A DNA stretch of 64,000 bases from Mobula hypostoma (Eukaryota), in assembly GCF_963921235.1 (NCBI RefSeq), contig NC_086106.1:23374001-23438000 (forward strand), given 5' to 3'. Made by a program: the position numbers and the translations under genes. Below the pieces are notes generated by a model. It was not told where the DNA came from, did not search any database, and was given only the letters and a program-made list of their open reading frames with translations. Shown one piece after another: positions 12,331 to 24,914 of this stretch (position 1 is the stretch's first letter; every line of letters starts with the position of its first letter).

Positions 12331-13608
12331 CAATGTAACGATACATTCACAAGGTATTCTCTGACGGCTCTGACGATGCACAATATCGAGTTGCTTCAAC
12401 TCACCTTAACGATATTTACGAAACTAGGTTTTCAGGTTAAGAATGCACACGGATACTCTGGAAACGAGAAGCTGAATTCTTGCCAATGAGTTACATAGTA
12501 CACAACCATAAGGAGCATAAATTGTAGATCTAGTTAGTTCAGAATGTAAGCTTGTGTTGCAGGCTAATTTTTCGCAGACTGAGCGGTGGGGTGATTCCAA
12601 TCAAACGGATCTCTCAGCAGTTGGGTACACAAACTTCCGTCTCGTGAAGATTTTTCTCCATTTCCATTCCTCTGCATTATTGTCAGCTAACCATCTGCAA
12701 CAAATGTCTTCTTGAGGTATTTTATAGTACTTCACACTCACTAAGTGAAGCAGGGCCCCGTCATCGCCCTTCCGAATAGCCTCAGTGCATCTCTTTGTAT
12801 CTAAGCGATATTAGGATTTTTTTTTTCGTGTGATCTGCTATATCTCTACGTGTCATTTTATGTACCACATCGACTTCCCTTCTTCTTCACCGCCGCTCAT
12901 TGGAGAACAAACCTAGGGTCACCGGACTCTCGCATAACGAAGCTCCTTCATCCCATGCAAAGAAGTTGCATCTACTTCGTCCCTCCATATCGCTATGTAA
13001 AATCACTGGACGCAGACCTCAGAGGATGTCATATATATTTTATAAGATTCGATTATTATTTCGAATTAGATTTCCTTTCTTTTTTTTGCTTTAATGATTA
13101 CAAGGGTTCAACTATGTTATTCGAAAAAAAAATGTTTTTGATCATGCAATTCAACCTCACATATTTCGCTCCACAATGTGAAGATTCACTCCGTAAACGA
13201 GCAATATAATTACCTTAGGCTGTTTGATTTAAACACCAATTGTAGTATTTTCTGTTGTTCGAAGGTCAATGAGTTAGGAAGATCATTATCTTCGAGGTAG
13301 TGTGCATTTGAGAATGCAGATCCGATGCTCAACTTCAAATTATCAACATGGAATTAACTTTTTATAAAGTTAAGAACTTTTTCTCGATGTTCGTCAACGT
13401 CTTTCGTCAAAGAAATTGAAAAATATTTTTCTCCGCACTTTATATTGGTATTACACTTCCACCAGCTTTTAAAGTTTGCATAGATGCCAGTCTTTATTAT
13501 TTGCTTCAAAGTTCAGCTAAGAAAGTGGGATTTTATTTTCAGTAGCATACATAATGGAGACTTTAGGATATTTAACAGGACGTTTTTATGTCATCCATAT
13601 GTATCAAT

Positions 13609-14274
13609 ATATGCGACCGCAGCGCGCGCTGCCACTTCGGTGGTGATGTATGTATATCTGTCAAGTAGGGGATCATCCACAATTCTGATTTGATGGAGAC
13701 GGACGTGAGAGTACGGAGGAACATCTGAAATACTTCTGAAATGTCTGCTTCTCTGCTGCTGCTGCTGTGTGGTAACCGGCATCTTCGGAACAGAAGGCGC
13801 CGAGATCCTCGGCTTTGCTTGTATTAGCGGCCGGGGCGAGGTCGAACGCGTTTGGCAGAGGATGACGCTTGGGACGCTGTATCGGAGAGGCTGGTCGGAA
13901 GCTCGAATTTTTCGGACGGATAGACTCAGTGCCGGCTGTGTTTGGCTGCCTCCAAGGCATCAGCAAGTTGACGGTGCCTGGAGTTTTATGACAAGGAGTT
14001 TCTCCCTTTGGCCGCCTGCTATCGGGGACTCGGGAGTCGATCGACTCGGGGACTTCTGAGACTTTATTTACCGTGCCCATGTTTGTTCTTCATCAAATCA
14101 TGGTATTGCTTTGCAATGCTGTAACTTATGTTATACTTGCGTGGTTCTGTCACTGTTATTCTCTGGTTTGTCCTGATTTCTGTAATATCACTCCGGGAAA
14201 ACATTGTACCATTTCTTAATGTATGTATGCATTTCAAAATGACAGTAAACGAAGACTGAGTGTTCTCATAATCT
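13609..14274 (+). mobile_element. Rep-A copy in unit 2
   Basis: Collinear with 3001-3663. Confidence 0.6.
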
Positions 14275-15518
14275 CAGATACCTGCCAGTCATGCCGAGCC
14301 ACGAGTATATGCTAATATTTCATAGGGTTCCAAGTTCTAGTTCCTTTTTTTTTCAGCAAAAGTGAAATGTCGTCCTGACTTCTAACGGACGCACAAAGAC
14401 ATCCTTTTGGACACCAGAGAGCTTCAGTTTGGGGAATTTCTTAATAGTCTGCAGCCACTTCTCGACAAAGTCCTTTAAAATACGATTCTTCCGTTATTTG
14501 CTTCAATAATGGTTGATGAATTTTATGTCTGTCGACTGGACTTCTTTTAGGGCTTTTCGAATAAAACTGGTTGCCATTGGAAATCTGCTTAAGAAATGAA
14601 GATTCAAACCGACGCTTGGAGTTTCCATGCTCACTGAAGTAGCTAAATCAGATGCAAGGCCTGGTGTCACATCAGCTGCATCTGTCCAAACGGTACGCAG
14701 TTGTTGCTTCCAGTCAAATTCCATTTTGGCTAAACACGTTCATAAAACGTCGACGTGTTTTGGCCTTTTCTGGAATGGATGCAGAAAATAGGAATTGATC
14801 TCGAGCAGCATCATCCTGCGTACAGAGATTAAAACAGAAAACTGAAAGGGGTCAACGGTTCCTTAGCTCTCCACAGGTCTACCACCAACTCCTTAGTCTT
14901 TTTTTCACATTAAACTGCAGATAATTCTGCTCACACCATGTTTCAACGTTTCCTACCATAGCCCTGTACTCGGCCTCATTACCATCTCTGCGGAAGGTAC
15001 ACATCGACAGAATATAGCTGGATTTCACAATACTACATGTGTGTTTCTCTTCAACGATACTGCGTTTTCACGGAAGCTATGTGGACATGTTTGTCCTGTA
15101 GAGCATTCTGTACTGCATTTCGGTATAAATTTATGAGAATCGGTAAAATCTGTGTCGAGGAATACAGAGTCCACTCTCAGACGATAACCCGGACGCATTT
15201 GTAACAGATGCCACTTAAGCTGAATATATCTTCCGTGAAATTGCTTCTCTAATTAGAGACAGAAATGACGTGGAATGTGAAGAAAATAGGAAAGAAATAT
15301 AAAACAATGCTGATTTTGATTGGCCAATTACCGCTCAACGTGCAGCCAAAATAACCAATCACTTCGTTTCTCTCTCTGTCTGTCTCTCTCTCTTTCTCTA
15401 AGAGCCAATCAAGAGTATCTGATGGAAGGTATACTTCGATCGCATTACAGTTAACCAGTCAGAACAGCAACTTCAACACATTCCACCGTTGCTTGTCGTA
15501 ATCGACACAGCAGACAAC

Positions 15519-15959
15519 ATGTGGACAATCCGATTTTGGGCACTAATACTTATGCCAGCACTACCCGGTATGTTCAGTTTATAATATCCGTGCGTTTCCT
15601 CTGGGATGTCTTTACATTGGACAATGCTCATAAGTTTCTTATTTTCTTCCAGGCGCGAGTGGTGAATATTTGGTAATCCAGGATGCGGCAGTAATTGCGG
15701 TTCAGGAAGGTGAAAACGTGCTGCTGAACTGCAGCTACCCTGCAAAAGCTGCCAGCACGCTGTTCTGGTACATGCAATATTCTGGGCAGTCTCTAAGGTA
15801 TTTATTGAAGAGATACGCAACAGGGAATGGTGGAGAGCGATCGCCTGATTGCCCAGACAGGTTTTCAGCTGCAATAGACAAAGGAAGTGCGACGGTTCCT
15901 TTCAGAATATCAGCTGCTCGTATCTCTGACTCTGCCGTATTTTTCTGTGTCATGATGCC
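15519..15959 (+). CDS. TCR alpha/delta-type V segment V2, apparently functional (leader 15519-15567, V exon 15653-15959)
   Basis: Leader MWTIRFWALILMPALP-G, phase-1 GTATGT donor, 85-nt intron, ttcttccAG acceptor. Open V exon ASGEYLVIQDAAVIAVQEGENVLLNCSYPAKAASTLFWYMQ...DSAVFFCVMM. Intact RSS. The EG-x6-C, C-x11-W and RFS motifs and the 23-RSS are typical of TRAV/TRDV. Confidence 0.92.
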
Positions 15960-15998
15960 CACATTACTGCCGAGCTATAGAACGCCACTACAAAAACC
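15960..15998 (+). other. 23-spacer RSS of V2
   Basis: CACATTA + 23 nt + ACAAAAACC (15990-15998). Confidence 0.93.
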
Positions 15999-18029
15999 GT
16001 TTGTAAAATTTACAATTTGCAGACTTCAGGGGGCAGCATACAGATAATGTTGGCTCCGCGGCACATTTTGCAGGAAGATACAGACTGAAACAATCACCAC
16101 AGTGGAAATGCATCGTGTGTTTACGTTAAGACATTGCAGCATCTCGAGCTGCTTATCTGATTGTGTAGAAGTCCTGGACCATATTCTAGTTGATTAAACT
16201 TCGTTTGACTTGAGTGATGAATTTATAGCGATACCAGACATTGCAGTGGGTGTTTACATTTGGCGTCTAATTTTTTACGCACATGCTAAATTTACAATTC
16301 GAACAACAGGCTAACAGAATTGTCACGGTATTTAGACAGAGCTCGCAGTTCCTCTGAGCGGCGAAGTTTCCATAGTCTTGGGAGCTCATTTCGGAAATAT
16401 CGACATTTTTCTCAGTCACTGTTGTATCTCTTGTCTGATGCATTCGTTTGTCTCCATCCTTTTTCTTTCGCTCTCATTTACGGTTCAGATAAAGCAGATT
16501 CCCGACATTGTAAGACAGCACTAATGGACCCACGGCACCGTTTAGTTCTGCTGTTTTAAGTTATTGTGTGCACCGATATACTCGCTTATGAAGTCTGACG
16601 AAGAACACTGTTGTTTACTATAGTAGGATGAAACTATTTACTCCTCCATTCAAGGAAGGGAGCTCAGAAATAATACTTAAAGACAAACGAATATGTCAGT
16701 GAGTACCAGCAGCGAAGTCCGCTGATGCATGTTTTCCTTCTCTGAACATTCCATACCGATCTGGAGGAAATTTGGCCCATTAGATTTCACATTATTTTTG
16801 TTAACCTATGCATTTTCAGCAAAATTGGATTTGTTTCGCTTGAAGAGGAGAACGTGCAGACGGAATTGAAAAACTTGCACAATCTGTTTGAGGCTGACGA
16901 AACTTGTATCATTTTAATATAATATTAGTTACGCTTAACCATCCCAACCAGACTACGGAAATATTTGAGCGGGTGGAACAGCTTATTTCGTAAATTCTTT
17001 CGTTCAGAGCATAAATATTCTGTTTCTGCAGGAGCTCTGTTTGTTGCAAAATAAATCCCTTCCCTTCAAATACAGAGAAATGGCTAAACACAGATCTTCT
17101 CTTATTCCGTATTATTTTGGTATAACCAAATTTCGGTACCAGTGATGCCCAAAATAAATGAATATGCTGGACATTGCAATGATAAAATTAAAGACTGCCC
17201 GTGTTTCCACTTCTTCGGAGTCTCTGTCATTTCCACGAAGTTCCTCAGGATCAGATTCGCTACGACAATGGATCTTTGTTGGCTAAAAGCAGCAACTTTA
17301 GATAACACAAAACCGCGAAGATTAGTTACAGTTCAATCCAAAGACAGTACGGCATGCAGACGATAGGTCAGATCTTCGTGATTTAACCGCTACAAACACA
17401 CTGAATGCGACACATCTAATGAAAATAACACATGCTTACTGTTACTCCTCATACAATGATCATTGAATCGCAGCGGGTCCATCGAACGGAGGGTTCAGTG
17501 TGTACTGTTTCCACAATGCAGTGTCTCATGATTATTGCGTATAATTCATGGAACAGCCTACAATAGTACAGCAATATTTTCAAATATCTTAAATTGACGA
17601 TGTTTCCTCATAAACAACGGTTTAGAAATATGCACGCTAAGGAAACTGAGAGGAACAGTGGTTTCCCAAAATCAAACCAAGGACGTGCCTGTAATATTCT
17701 GTAATAGGTTGATAAGCGGAGGTGGTACTCGCAAGACCCTCCATCTTTTGCACAGATTTTATTCTATTTGCATCTGTGTGCACTAATAACAAGATTGACT
17801 TTACTGTAAAAAGCTGTTGAACAAGTATCTTATTTTGTAAAAAATTCAGGTAATCGAGATTTTATGAAACTTTATAACATCAGAGATCCGGTTCATTCGG
17901 CCACTTTCGCAGCCTGCCCAGTTTCGCTCGGTAATACTGATCTGGCAATGATATAACTGAGAAGTCCAGTGGTTCAGGCAGCATCTATGAAAATGAATAA
18001 AGTTTCGATGCTTCGGTCTGAGAATCTAT

Positions 18030-18470
18030 ATCAGCGCTAGGAAGGAAGCGGAAGGAAACCCAAAATGACATGGTGGGGGACTGGGAGAATTACAATGTGG
18101 AAGGTAAAAGGAGAAGCCAGGTGACGGGCTAAGTTGCCTGATAGCGAACGGAACGTGAACTGATAATATGGGAAAGGATAGATGGAACATATATATGGCT
18201 GCAGAAGAAGAAATCTGATCACTGAGAAGAGAGCATCATTGGAAAATGGGAAGGAGGTGTATGAGACGGATGTGGTAGGCAGAAGACGTAAGAAGGGAGA
18301 CAGAATTCGAACTGTAAAACGAGAGAATGAGTGGTAAACAAATATTGGACGTTGCAGAAAATAATATCTATGGCTTCCCGTTTGAAGTTACACGAACGGA
18401 ATAGAAGGAATTGGACACATCTCGGTGAATAAAATAAGGGAATAGTCCTCCCAACATCGGCCAAAGTAGC
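18030..18470 (-). mobile_element. Decayed Penelope-like fragment
   Basis: Purine-rich + strand tract resembling 8480-8760 / 24930-25100. Highly diverged. Confidence 0.4.
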
Positions 18471-19747
18471 AGAGGAGACTTGTTAGCTTTTAGTTCCCTC
18501 TGGTATAATGTATCAACGAGGTAACTTCAAATTTGTACACGAATAACTCTAACTGTTTTGAACAGTAAATATCCTTCCGAAGCATGGACAAAACAAACGA
18601 TTTACTTTCCGATATATTAAGACTTTTTGCCAATGAGGTACATCGTACACAACGATAAGGGTCATAAATTATAGATTAATTTAGTTCAGAATGTAAGCTT
18701 GTGTTGCAGGCTAACTTTTCGCAGACTGAGAGGTGAGGTAATTCCAATGAAACGGATCTCTCAGCAGTTGGGTGCACAAACTTCCGTCTCGTGAAGATTT
18801 TTCTCCGTTTCCAGACCTCTGTATTACCGTCTGCTAACCATCTGCAGCAAACGTCTTATAGTACTTAGCACTCACTACGTGAAGCAGGGCCCCGTCATCG
18901 TCCTTCGGAATACCCTCAGTGCATCTCCTTGTATCTAAGCGATATTAGGAATTTTTTCGTGTGGTCTGCTCTATCTATGCCAGTCATTTTATGTACCACA
19001 ACGACGTCCCTTGTTATTCAACGCCGCTCATTGGGGAACAAACCTCGGGTCACCAGACTCTCGTCATAACGAAGCTCCTTCATCCCATGCAAAGAAGTTT
19101 CATCTACTTTGTCCCTCCCTGTCGCTTTGTACAAGAACTGGACGCAGACCTCAGAGGATGTCATATATATTTTATAAAGATCGATTACTATTTCGAATTC
19201 GATTTCCTTTCTTTTTTTGCTTTGATGGTCACAGGAGTTGAACTATGTGATTCGCAAACATAATGTTGTTAATAATGGAATTCAACCTCACATATTTCGC
19301 TCCACAGTGTGAAGATTGACTCCCAAAACGAGCAATATAATTACCCTAGGCAGTTTGATTTAAACACCAATTGTATTATTTTCTGTTGTTGCAAGGTCAA
19401 TGAGTGAAGAGGATCAACATCTTCGAGGTGGTGTGTATTTGAGAGCAAGGGAATGCAGATCCGATGCTCAACTTCAAATTCTCAACATGGGAATAGCTTT
19501 TTATACAGTTCAGAACTTTTATCTCGATGTTCGTCAATGTCTTTCGTCAAAGAAATTGAAAAATATTTTTCTCCGCACTTTATCTTGGTGTTACACTTCC
19601 TCCAGCTTTTAAAGTTTGCATAGTTGCCAGTCTTTATTATTTGCTTGGCAGCTCCGCTAAGGAAGTTGGGGTTTACTTTCAGTAGCATACATAATGGAGA
19701 CTTTAGGATATTTAATAGAAAGTTACATTTCATCCATATGCTTCAAT

Positions 19748-20413
19748 ATATGCGACCGCAGCGCGCGCTGCCACTTCGGTGGTGATGTCTGTTATCTGTC
19801 AAGTAGGGGATCGTCCACAATTCTGATTTGTTGGAGACCGACGTGAGAGTACGCAGGAACATCTGAAAAACTTCTGAAATGTCTGCTTCTTTGCTGCTGC
19901 TACTGTGTGGTAACGGTAATCTCCGGAACAGAAGGCCCCGAGATCCTCGGCTTTGCTTGCTTTAGCGGCCGGGGCGAGGTCGAAGGCGTTTGGCAGAGGA
20001 TGGCGCTCGGAACGCTGTATCGGAGAGGCTGGTCGGAAGCACGAATTTTTCGGACGGATAGACTCAGTGCCGGCTGTGGTCGGCTGCCTCCAAGGCATCG
20101 GCAAGTTGACGGTGCCTGGAGTTTTATGGCAAGGGGTTTCTCCCTTTGGCCGCCTGCTATCGGGGACTCGTGAGTCGATCGACTCGGGGAGTTCTGAGAC
20201 TTTATTTACCGTGTCCTTTGTTTGTTCTTCATCAAATCATGGTATTGCTTTGCATTGCTCTAACTTATGTTATACTTAAGTGGTTCTGTCACTGTAATTC
20301 TTTGTTTTGTCCTGATTTCTGTGATATCACTCCGGGAAAACATTGTATCATTTCTTAAGCCATGTATGCATTTCTAAATGACAGTAAAAGAAGACTGACT
20401 GTTCTCATAATCT
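19748..20413 (+). mobile_element. Rep-A copy in unit 3
   Basis: Collinear with 3001-3663. Confidence 0.6.
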
Positions 20414-21666
20414 CAGATACCTGCCAGTCATGCCGACCCACGGGTATATGCTAACATTTCAAAGTGTTCCAAGTTCTAGTTTCCTTTTTTTTCCAGCAAA
20501 AGTGAAATGTCGTCCTGACTTCTAACGGGAGATCCATGACATCCTCTTTTGACATCAAAGAGCTTTAGTTCGGGGAATTTCTTAATACTCTGCAGCCACT
20601 TCTCGACAAAGTCCTTTAAAATACGATTCTTCTCTGATTTGCTTCAAAAATGTTTGATGAACTTTATGTCTGTTGACTGGACTTCTTTGAGGGCTGTTCG
20701 AATAATCTTGGTTGCCATTGGAAATCTCCTTAAGTAACAAAGATTAAAACCGACGTTTGGAGCTTCCATGATCACTGAAGTAGCTAAACCAGGTGCAAGG
20801 CCTGGTGTCAGAACAGCTGCATCTGTCCAAACGGTACGCAGTTGATGCTTCCAGTGAAATTCCTTTTTGGCTAAACGCGTTCATAAAACGTCGACGTGTT
20901 TTGCCATTTTCTGGAATGGATGCAGAAAATATGAATTGATATCGAGCAGCATCATCCTGCGTACAAAGATTAAAACAGAAAGCTGAAAGGAGTCACCGGT
21001 TGCTTAGCTCTCCACAGGTCTACCACCAGCTCCTTAGTCGTTTTTTTTTACATTAAACTGCATAAAAATCTGCTCACACCATGTGACAACATTTCCTACC
21101 CCAGCCCTGTACTCGGCCTCATTACCATCTCTGCGGAAGGTACACATCGACAGAATATAGCTGGATTTTACAATACTACATCTGTGTTTCTCGTCAACGA
21201 TACTGCGTTTTCCAGGAAGCTATGTGGACATGTTTGTCCCATAGAGCAATTATGTCCTGCATTTCGGTATAAATTTATGAGAATCGGTAAAATCTGTGTC
21301 AAGGAAAACAGAGTCAACTCTAAGACGATAACCCGGACGCATTTTTAACAGATGCAACTTAACCTGGAAATATTTTCCGTGACATTGCTTCTCTTATTAC
21401 AGACAGAAATGTCGTGGAATGTCCATAAAATAGGAAAAGAGAATAAAACAATGTTGATCTTCATAGACCAATTACCGTTCAACGTGCAGCCAAAACAACC
21501 AAGCACTTTGTTTCTCTCTCTGTCTGTCTGTCTCTCTCTCTTTCTCTAAGAACCAATCATGAGTATCTGATGGAAGGTATACTTCGATCGCATTACAGTC
21601 AACCAGTCAGAACAGCAACATCAACGCATTCCACCGTTGCTTGTCGTAATCGACACAGCAGACAAC

Positions 21667-22107
21667 ATGTGGGCAATCCGATTTTGGGCACTAATACTTA
21701 TGCCAGCACTACCCGGTATGTTCAGTTTATAATGTTCGTGCGTTTCCTCTGGGATGTCTTTAAATTGGGAAATGCTCATAAGTTTCTTATTTTCTTCCAG
21801 GCGCGAGTGGTGAATATTTGGTAATCCAGGATCCGGCAGTAATTGCGGTTCAGGAAGGTGAAAACGTGCTGCTAAACTGCAGCTACCCGGCAAAAGCTGC
21901 CAGCACGCTGTTCTGATACATGCAATATCCTGGACAGTCTCTAAGATATTTGTTGAAGAGATACGCAACAGGGAATGGTGGAGGGAGTTCCCCTGATTGC
22001 CCAGACAGGTTTTCGGCTGCAGTAGACAAAGGAAGTGCGACGGTTCCTTTCAGAATATCTGCTGCTCGTATCTCTGACTCTGCCGTATTTTTCTGTGCCA
22101 TGATGCC
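21667..22107 (+). pseudogene. TCR alpha/delta-type V segment V3; nonsense mutation at conserved Trp41
   Basis: Intact 49-nt leader 21667-21715 and 85-nt intron. V exon 21801-22107 has TGG>TGA at 21914-21916. It differs from V1 at 11 of 307 nt (hand count). Confidence 0.92.
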
Positions 22108-22146
22108 CACATTACTGCCGAGCTATAGAACGCCACTACAAAAACC
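22108..22146 (+). other. 23-spacer RSS of V3
   Basis: CACATTA + 23 nt + ACAAAAACC (22138-22146). Confidence 0.93.
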
Positions 22147-23147
22147 GCTTGCAAAGTTTACAAGTTGCAGACTTCAGGGAGCAGCATACAGATAATATTG
22201 GCTCCGCGGCCCATTTTGCAGGAAGATACAGACTGAAACAATCACCTCAGTGGAAAGCATCGTGTGTTTACGTTAAGACATTGCTCGAGCTGTTTATCTG
22301 ATTGTGGAGAAGTCCTGGACAATATTTTAATTGATTAAACTTCGTTTGACTTGAGTGATGAATTTATAGCAATACCAAACACTACAGTGGGTGTTTACAT
22401 TTTGTCTTCTAATTTTTACGCATATGCGACAGTCACAATTTGAATAACAGGCTAACAGAATTGTCACAATATTTAGCCATAGCTCGCAGCTCCTCTGAGC
22501 GGCGAAGTTTCCATAGTCTTGGGAGCTCATTTCGGAAATATTGACATTTCTCTCAGTCACTGTTGCATCTCTTGTCTGATGCTTTCGTTTGCCTCCATCA
22601 TTTTTGTTTCCGTTCTTATGAATGGTTCACAAAAATTCGATTGTTTTAGCGGCCTTGGCGAGGTGGAAGGCACTTGGCAGAGGATGGCCAAATAAAGATT
22701 CAAACCGACGTTTGGAGTTTCCATGCTCACTGAAGTAGCTAAACCAGATGCAAAGCCAGATGTCACAACAGCTGCATCTGTCCAAAGGGTACGCAGTAGT
22801 TGCTTCCAGTCAAATTCCTTTTTCGCTAAACACATTCATAAAACGTCGACGTGTTTTACCATTTTTTTGAAATGGATGCAGAAAATAGGAATAGATCTGG
22901 AGCAGCATCATCCTGCGTACAAAGATTAAAACAGAAATCTGAAAGCACTGCAATGCCTGTAGGTACATGGTGATTGGGTATTGCGAGGCTGCCAATGTCT
23001 CAATATCGTGCTGTAAAACGAGAAAAGAGATGTCAAATATACAAAAAGTACATTTATTATTTGATGAAGGGAAACTTTAAAGTTTTCCTTTGCGCTCAAT
23101 TCTAGTCCACTTAGAGCTTAGCCACTTGCAGTACACATGGATATACT

Positions 23148-24154
23148 TTACCAGTTGTTTATGATATATATTAATGACTTGGATGAGGGAATTAAATGCA
23201 GCATCTCCAAGTTTGCGGATGACACGAAGCTGGCTGGCAGTGTCAGCTGTGAGGAGGATGCTAAGAGGATACAGGGTCACTTGGATAGGTTGGGTGCGTG
23301 GGCAAATTCGTGGCAGATGCAATTTAATGTGGATAAATGTGAAGTTATCCACTTTGGTGGCAAAAATAGGAAAACAGATTATTATCTGAATGGTGGCCGA
23401 TTAGGAAAAGGGGAGGTGCAACGAGACCTGGGTGTCATTATACAGCAGTCATTGAAAGTGGGCATGCAGGTACAGCAGGCGGTGAAAAAGGCGTATGGTA
23501 TGCTGGCATTTATAGCGACAGGATTCGAGTGCAGGAGCAGGGAGGTACTACTGCAGTTGTACAAGGCCTTGCTGAGACCACACCAGAAGTATTGTGTGCA
23601 GTTTTGGTCCCCTAATCTGAGGAAAGACATCCTTGCCATTGAGGGAGTACAAAGAAGGTTCACCAGATTGATTCCTGGGATGGCAGTACTTTCATATGAA
23701 TAAAGACTGGATGAACTGGGCTTGTACTGGTTGGAATTTAGAAGATTGAGGGGGAATCTGATTGAAACGTATAAAATCCTAAAGGAATTGGACAGGCTAG
23801 ATGCAGGAAGATTGTTCCCGATGTTGGGGAAGTCCAGAACGAGGGGTCACAGTTTGAGGATAAAGGGGATGCCTTTTAGGACCGAGATTAGGAAAAAACT
23901 TCTTCACGCAGAGAGTGGTGAATCTGTGGAATTCTGTGCCACAGGAAATAGTTGAGGCCAGTTCATTGGCTATATTTAAGAAGGAGTTAGATATGACCCC
24001 TGTGGCTACGGGGATCAGGGGGTATGGAGGGAAGGCTGCGGCAGGGTTCTGAGTTGGATGATCAGCCATGATCATAATAAACGGCGGTGCAGGCTCGAAG
24101 AGCTGAATGGCCTACTCCTGCACCTATTTTCTATGTGTCTATGTTTCTATGTTT
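23148..24154 (+). mobile_element. CR1 LINE, duplicated copy of 6395-7406
   Basis: ORF 23137-23703 with FADDTKL and YCVQFWSP. Same truncation point and flanks, so it inserted before the duplication. Confidence 0.92.
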
Positions 24155-24914
24155 TATCTCTTCCATGGTGAGAAACTTATTTTGTTTGGCATTCTGACAT
24201 ACAGGTTTATGTGATTCTTTCATGAAAGGGCTTGCGTTGAATGGTAAATTTAAACATGCAAAGTCACATTTTTTTTTCCAATTTAAATTTCTACGAAGAC
24301 AAAAATAAAGGCAGATCAGACGCATTTTTGTGTGGAATACCATGAGGTGCGCCTTAGCGTCTGCTATCACGTCACCAACATTGATGAAATTTGTGATTAT
24401 TAATAACGAGTTTTCGACATAACTCTTTTCCTTTGACATTTCAATTTCAAATATTCTGTTCAATTATTATTTTTTTTTTGCAGCTCAATATCATTGCATT
24501 TCGCAAGTAATTTCTTTAGTAAATCATCAAACGGAAAAATCTGTATGCTAATTAAATGACGTTTAAGATACTTTCCAAAAGTTGTCTAGCAAGAAAGTAA
24601 AATATGGCAGGTTTTGCAATTTATCCAAATTTTAATACTTTTTCTGGCTTTTCGATACTCAGAGAAAAGGGGTAGAACAGTATCTTACGTATTGTATCCT
24701 TCTTAGAATTCTGCTAATTCTTGCGCATGGCGTCGCATGGTACAATGAAAATCCGCGCAGATTACAGGAAAAACAACTTATATTTCTCCTGGGTAATTTG
24801 CAAGCTAATGGAATGATCATATGCTTTTTTGAATATACGTTTATGCTCCGCCCTCCCCCAGTTCAACATTCCCCATCCACTTTTGCACCTGTCACATTAT
24901 TTCCTTGCGAGGGG

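Larger units (their letters stand above)
10364..16500 (+). repeat. Segmental duplication unit 2 (contains V2 and a solo LTR)
   Basis: Collinear with 155-~5890, with indels. Homology fades near 16500. Confidence 0.9.
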
